The position numbers were made by a program, and so were the translations under genes. A stretch of DNA of 35,968 nt from a virus (taxonomy: Duplodnaviria; Caudoviricetes): positions 1 to 35,968 of the IMG/VR virus record IMGVR_UViG_3300017766_003372; one strand, 5' to 3'. Below, piece by piece: positions 32,728 to 35,968 of this stretch; within the stretch, counting starts at the first letter, position 1, and every line of letters begins with the position of its first letter. The notes below the pieces were generated by a model that was not told where the DNA came from, searched no databases, and saw only the letters and a list, made by a program, of their open reading frames with translations.

Positions 32728-33258
32728 CTAACGGAACGAGGACCACATGTATAGGTTGATCGCGGCGCGGGCGCGCGTGGTGAGGCGAGCGTTGGCGAGG
32801 GTGCCGGTTGTGATGTCGGAGGCGGAGGTTGACCCGGAACCCGTCGGGCCGGTCGCGCCGGTAGCACCAGCCGGGCCCGTATCCCCGCGAGGCCCCGTAA
32901 CCGTGGAAGCCGCGCCAGGGGCTCCGGTGGGCCCCGTAACGGTCGATGCCGCACCTTGGGGGCCCGTGGGCCCGGTCACGGTCGAGGCTTCCCCAGGGGC
33001 TCCCGTGGGGCCCGTAATTGATGCCCCCGGGATTCCGGTTGCGCCGGTGGCCCCGGGGCTTCCTGCGTTCCCCTGGGGGCCCGTAACGGATGGACCCGTG
33101 GGCCCCGTGGGCCCGTTGACTCCCTGCGAAACGAGGTAGTCCCGAAGCTGGGAAACGGAGGCGCGGCGCGCCCCGCCAGCCTGGGAGACAAGGACAAGGT
33201 CCGCGCCCGTCATCCCCGTTACCGCGGTCAGATCACCAACGCGCTTTTGCAGTGGCAT
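32728..33258 (-). CDS. Collagen-like (Gly-X-Thr) fibre protein
   Basis: Interrupted GPT/GAT/GPQ triplets over about 90 aa. Confidence 0.85.
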   Translation of the reverse strand: MPLQKRVGDLTAVTGMTGADLVLVSQAGGARRASVSQLRDYLVSQGVNGPTGPTGPSVTGPQGNAGSPGATGATGIPGASITGPTGAPGEASTVTGPTGPQGAASTVTGPTGAPGAASTVTGPRGDTGPAGATGATGPTGSGSTSASDITTGTLANARLTTRARAAINLYMWSSFR

Positions 33259-33261
33259 TGG

Positions 33262-33681
33262 TTACTCCACAAGCGGAACAACGATTTCGTCGCCCTGCTC
33301 TGTGACAATGTAATTCAGGTCGCGGTCGATGCGCTTTGTGTGGACTCTCACCAGCGATTCAAAAGCGTCCCCGTAATGGAAGACGGGAACCCCCTTTGGC
33401 GCGGCAACTTCATAGAACCGCGCGACCCCGTCCATCTCCTCAACGATTTGATCCCCTCGCAGCGGAACCCCGTAGGGAAGCGCGGCAACGGTCATGAGGA
33501 AGTCGCGCGATTCAAAAGTTTCGATTACCCCGTTTTGGTTCGCGGCCTCGAATGTCGATCTGCCAATCGTCGCCAAGCATTGCGAAGTATTGGCCCCGCG
33601 CTTGTACGCGACCGTGACCGCAGCGGACGCGGCAAGTTGCCCCGCCAGCCATGCGGCACCAGATCGGAGGAGATCGGCCAA
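33262..33681 (-). CDS. Head-tail joining protein
   Basis: Position; SRDF...P.RGDQIVE...RVHTK; TTG start with GAGGTG. Confidence 0.7.
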   Translation of the reverse strand: MADLLRSGAAWLAGQLAASAAVTVAYKRGANTSQCLATIGRSTFEAANQNGVIETFESRDFLMTVAALPYGVPLRGDQIVEEMDGVARFYEVAAPKGVPVFHYGDAFESLVRVHTKRIDRDLNYIVTEQGDEIVVPLVE

Positions 33682-33700
33682 GGCAACACCTCACGCGGGA

Positions 33701-33753
33701 ACGCAAGCCCCGCGGGCGGCAGCGACGTTGCGCCAACCGCCCGCGGGTTGCGT
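33701..33753. promoter_or_regulatory. Long GC-rich intergenic hairpin
   Basis: CCCGCGGGCGG/CCGCCCGCGGG stem extended by ACGCAA/TTGCGT. Confidence 0.5.
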
Positions 33754-33772
33754 GGGATCAACCGTCGATGAA

Positions 33773-34102
33773 TCACGTTCCGACGTTGAGCAACACCTTA
33801 ACGGTCGTGTCGGCAGCGGCACGGGCCGCAGCCAGACGACCCGCGTAGACACCCGTTGAGGCGTGGGCAATTCCGCTGGTCGCGTAGTAGCGGATAGCGG
33901 AACCCTGGGCCCCGGTCGCGCCGGTGGCACAAGGCATGAAAACCACGCCGCGGGTCTGGACCGCGCCGAGCTTGTTCGCCGCGATCGGCACGGCGGCAAC
34001 CGTGACGAGCGTATCAAGGACGATCACCTGCCCCGCCGTGACAGCGGAGGCCGGGGTGTAGTCGATCGATTCGCCCTGCTGGAAATATCCGAGATCGGCC
34101 AA
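33773..34102 (-). CDS. DUF2190-family capsid decoration/cement protein
   Basis: YFQQGESIDYTP...GQVIVL...GVVF; follows the MCP. Confidence 0.85.
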   Translation of the reverse strand: MADLGYFQQGESIDYTPASAVTAGQVIVLDTLVTVAAVPIAANKLGAVQTRGVVFMPCATGATGAQGSAIRYYATSGIAHASTGVYAGRLAAARAAADTTVKVLLNVGT

Positions 34103-34143
34103 GGGATCACCTCGTTTCTATGGTTGAAGTTTTCAATCCTCAT

Positions 34144-34177
34144 GCGGGGCGGATGGCTTTGTCACCATCCGCCCCGC
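34144..34177. promoter_or_regulatory. 13-bp perfect hairpin after the capsid gene (mRNA stabiliser or pause)
   Basis: GCGGGGCGGATGG/CCATCCGCCCCGC; no U tract. Confidence 0.6.
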
Positions 34178-34192
34178 CGCGGATTACACGGG

Positions 34193-35968
34193 TCAGGAAA
34201 CCGCCATGCGGAGAGTCGAGAGCGGTTCCGACTTCGACACGCCGAAGTCCATGTAACCGCGGATGCTGACACCGAGCTTGTCAGCGTCAGCCATCACGTT
34301 CTCGATCACCGGGGTCTGCTGACCGTTGAGGAAGACAACGTCCATCGCGGAGAGGTCGGCAGCGTCAGCCATGAGGAACCAAGTCGTCGAGGTGGTGAGG
34401 TAGTTGCTCACCACAACGTCGTATCGGCCACGAAGAACATTGTTCGACGGGGCACGGCTGGAAGCGTTACCGACACCGTCCGCGACGAGAAGCGAACTCG
34501 TCATCAACTCCGCGGCAGTGATCTCCAGTTCCGGCGGAACGAGGAGAATCCGCGGAGCGATCCCGAGCGGGTTACCATCGGGATCGGTCAACTTTCGGAA
34601 CGCGGTCGCGGCAGTCTTCAAGGAAGACAGAGAAAGCGCGTTGCCAGCCGCAGCCGTGACCGACTGGTAGTAGCTGGCGTTGCTGGAAAGGAACTCCGTC
34701 CAGATCGTCTCGTTGAGAGCGAGAGCGCTACCGCGGCCCATCCGCTGCGGAACAGCCGAAAGAGCGTTCAGGTCATCGTTGTACATATCCTGCCGCGTGA
34801 TCTGGGTCATGATGCCCCAGGTTTCCGCGGAAAGGCTGCGCTTGTAGTCGGTCGCGTTGGCGGTTTTCAGTTCGCCACCGTTACCAACCTTCTTGAACTT
34901 GAAATCGCCATTCAACCGGAACAGGTTGATAGCTTTGAAATCGTTGACCGAACGAACCGCGCTGATGCGCTGCCAAGCGTTCTCGACAGAGTTGAATCCC
35001 TGGAGGAGAAACTTGTTGACCACCGCGGAGAGGAGGTCAGCGATCTGGTGCGAAGCGAAAGCGGCCTGGATGATGAGCGGCAAGCTCCGGTCGTTGACCC
35101 GCGCGCTTCCCGTGTATCCGTTGGCCCGCGCGGCTTGGACGAACACTTCGGAGAGCGAGAGATCGCGCCGGTTCTTGTCTGCGGCTTCCAGGGTCTTCGC
35201 GTCGTAATGCTTCTCCACACCGTGGAGGCCAGCATTGACGCAAAGCGCGGCCTCGATCACCGATGCCGAAGGCATGGAAGCCTCGACAACGTGGATCGCG
35301 GGACCGGCGGGACGCTGGGCCCGGGCCTCCAGCAACTTGGCAGTTGCGGCCTGGGCCTCCAGCAACTGACCCAGCCGCTCGTTCTGCGCGGCAAGCTCTG
35401 CCCGCAGTTGATCGAGCGAAGCGGGGTTGCCGTCGCTGACGCTCGCGCCATCCCCGCCCTTGGCCTGGACGATGGGAGCCTTGTTATCCGCAGCGCCGTT
35501 CGCCGCGGCTTCCACCGAATCGGTGGGCTTGGGGTTCGTGGCGTCGTGCGCCATATCGAGGCCCTTCATCGCTTCCGCAGCGATCGCGGCAGACGTAGCG
35601 GGGTCTGCGCCCATCAGGACAATAGAAACCTCCCGTAGCTTGGCGCTACGGACTACGGAGATTGGGCCCACGAAGTCGCGCCCGTTGACGGCAACCCTCT
35701 GGCCCGCGGCGAAGTTCTCGATCCGCCCGGGGTCTGCCCCGATGCTGGCTTGGAACTTCATTCCCTTTTTGGCGAGTTGCAGAACGCGCTCCGCGATGGG
35801 CGACGTTCCAAAGATTTCCCCCGACAGCGTCAACTGCCTGCCGTCGTTGTTGGTCATCGACGATTGGCCCAGGATCGAATCCAGGGAGGTATCGTGCCCC
35901 CAAAGGATCGGAACGCTATGGCTTGCTTCCAATCCAGAGAGATCGACAACGAGCGGATTGCGCGACCA
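34193..35968 (-). CDS. Prohead protease-major capsid protein fusion (Mu gpT-like MCP), 5' end outside the window
   Basis: ILWGHD, QASIG, EVSIVLMGAD (protease), then VNDFK, ITRQDMYNDDL, LLVPPELE, FLNGQQTP, DFG (capsid). The frame is open to the window edge. Confidence 0.92.
   Translation of the reverse strand, partial: WSRNPLVVDLSGLEASHSVPILWGHDTSLDSILGQSSMTNNDGRQLTLSGEIFGTSPIAERVLQLAKKGMKFQASIGADPGRIENFAAGQRVAVNGRDFVGPISVVRSAKLREVSIVLMGADPATSAAIAAEAMKGLDMAHDATNPKPTDSVEAAANGAADNKAPIVQAKGGDGASVSDGNPASLDQLRAELAAQNERLGQLLEAQAATAKLLEARAQRPAGPAIHVVEASMPSASVIEAALCVNAGLHGVEKHYDAKTLEAADKNRRDLSLSEVFVQAARANGYTGSARVNDRSLPLIIQAAFASHQIADLLSAVVNKFLLQGFNSVENAWQRISAVRSVNDFKAINLFRLNGDFKFKKVGNGGELKTANATDYKRSLSAETWGIMTQITRQDMYNDDLNALSAVPQRMGRGSALALNETIWTEFLSSNASYYQSVTAAAGNALSLSSLKTAATAFRKLTDPDGNPLGIAPRILLVPPELEITAAELMTSSLLVADGVGNASSRAPSNNVLRGRYDVVVSNYLTTSTTWFLMADAADLSAMDVVFLNGQQTPVIENVMADADKLGVSIRGYMDFGVSKSEPLSTLRMAVS

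Noticed and set aside
32820-33120. Repeats resembling a CRISPR array or VNTR
   Set aside because: They are codons of collagen Gly-X-Y triplets, with no constant repeat and unique spacer pattern.
34144-34177. Rho-independent terminator after the capsid gene
   Set aside because: No U tract on either strand; kept only as a hairpin.
33863-35638. 591-aa plus-strand ORF (also 7653-9134, 29099-30547 and similar)
   Set aside because: Antisense shadows of well-supported minus-strand genes in GC-rich DNA.

Overview
About 36 kb of a temperate, lambda-organised siphophage genome, in its non-integrated (attP) form. GC is roughly 60-63% by eye. The gene content resembles uncultured freshwater phages that probably infect Planctomycetota, but the host is only an inference. 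Read on the minus strand from the right end, the order is: protease-capsid fusion (cut by the window edge); capsid decoration and head-tail genes; a collagen-like fibre beside a GT2-TPR, methyltransferase and beta-propeller glyco-cluster; three paralogous tail-tube-like genes; a tail chaperone with a -1 frameshift; tape measure and tail tip genes; a nucleotide-hydrolase cluster; and a membrane-protein/papain-like peptidase block where lysis genes usually sit. A plus-strand island carries integrase, excisionase and promoter-operator gene cassettes. Next come an attP core (3' part of tRNA-Arg(ACG)), an XRE repressor and a degenerate bacterioferritin. The leftward early operon encodes CsrA, a Sak4-like ATPase, SSB, a DUF1376 initiator with iterons, MazG, a QueF-like plus TGT/DpdA-like cassette bounded by exact 25-bp repeats, and a resolvase. 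It ends at a cosQ-like motif at the window's left edge. The four strongest leads are: (1) a phage Csr circuit (CsrA plus an array of GGA-loop hairpins); (2) a repressor placed to be driven by the host tRNA promoter only after integration; (3) a BclA/SgtA-like virion fibre glycosylation cluster; (4) an excisable deazaguanine-modification cassette. All family calls are from motif recognition without database searches.
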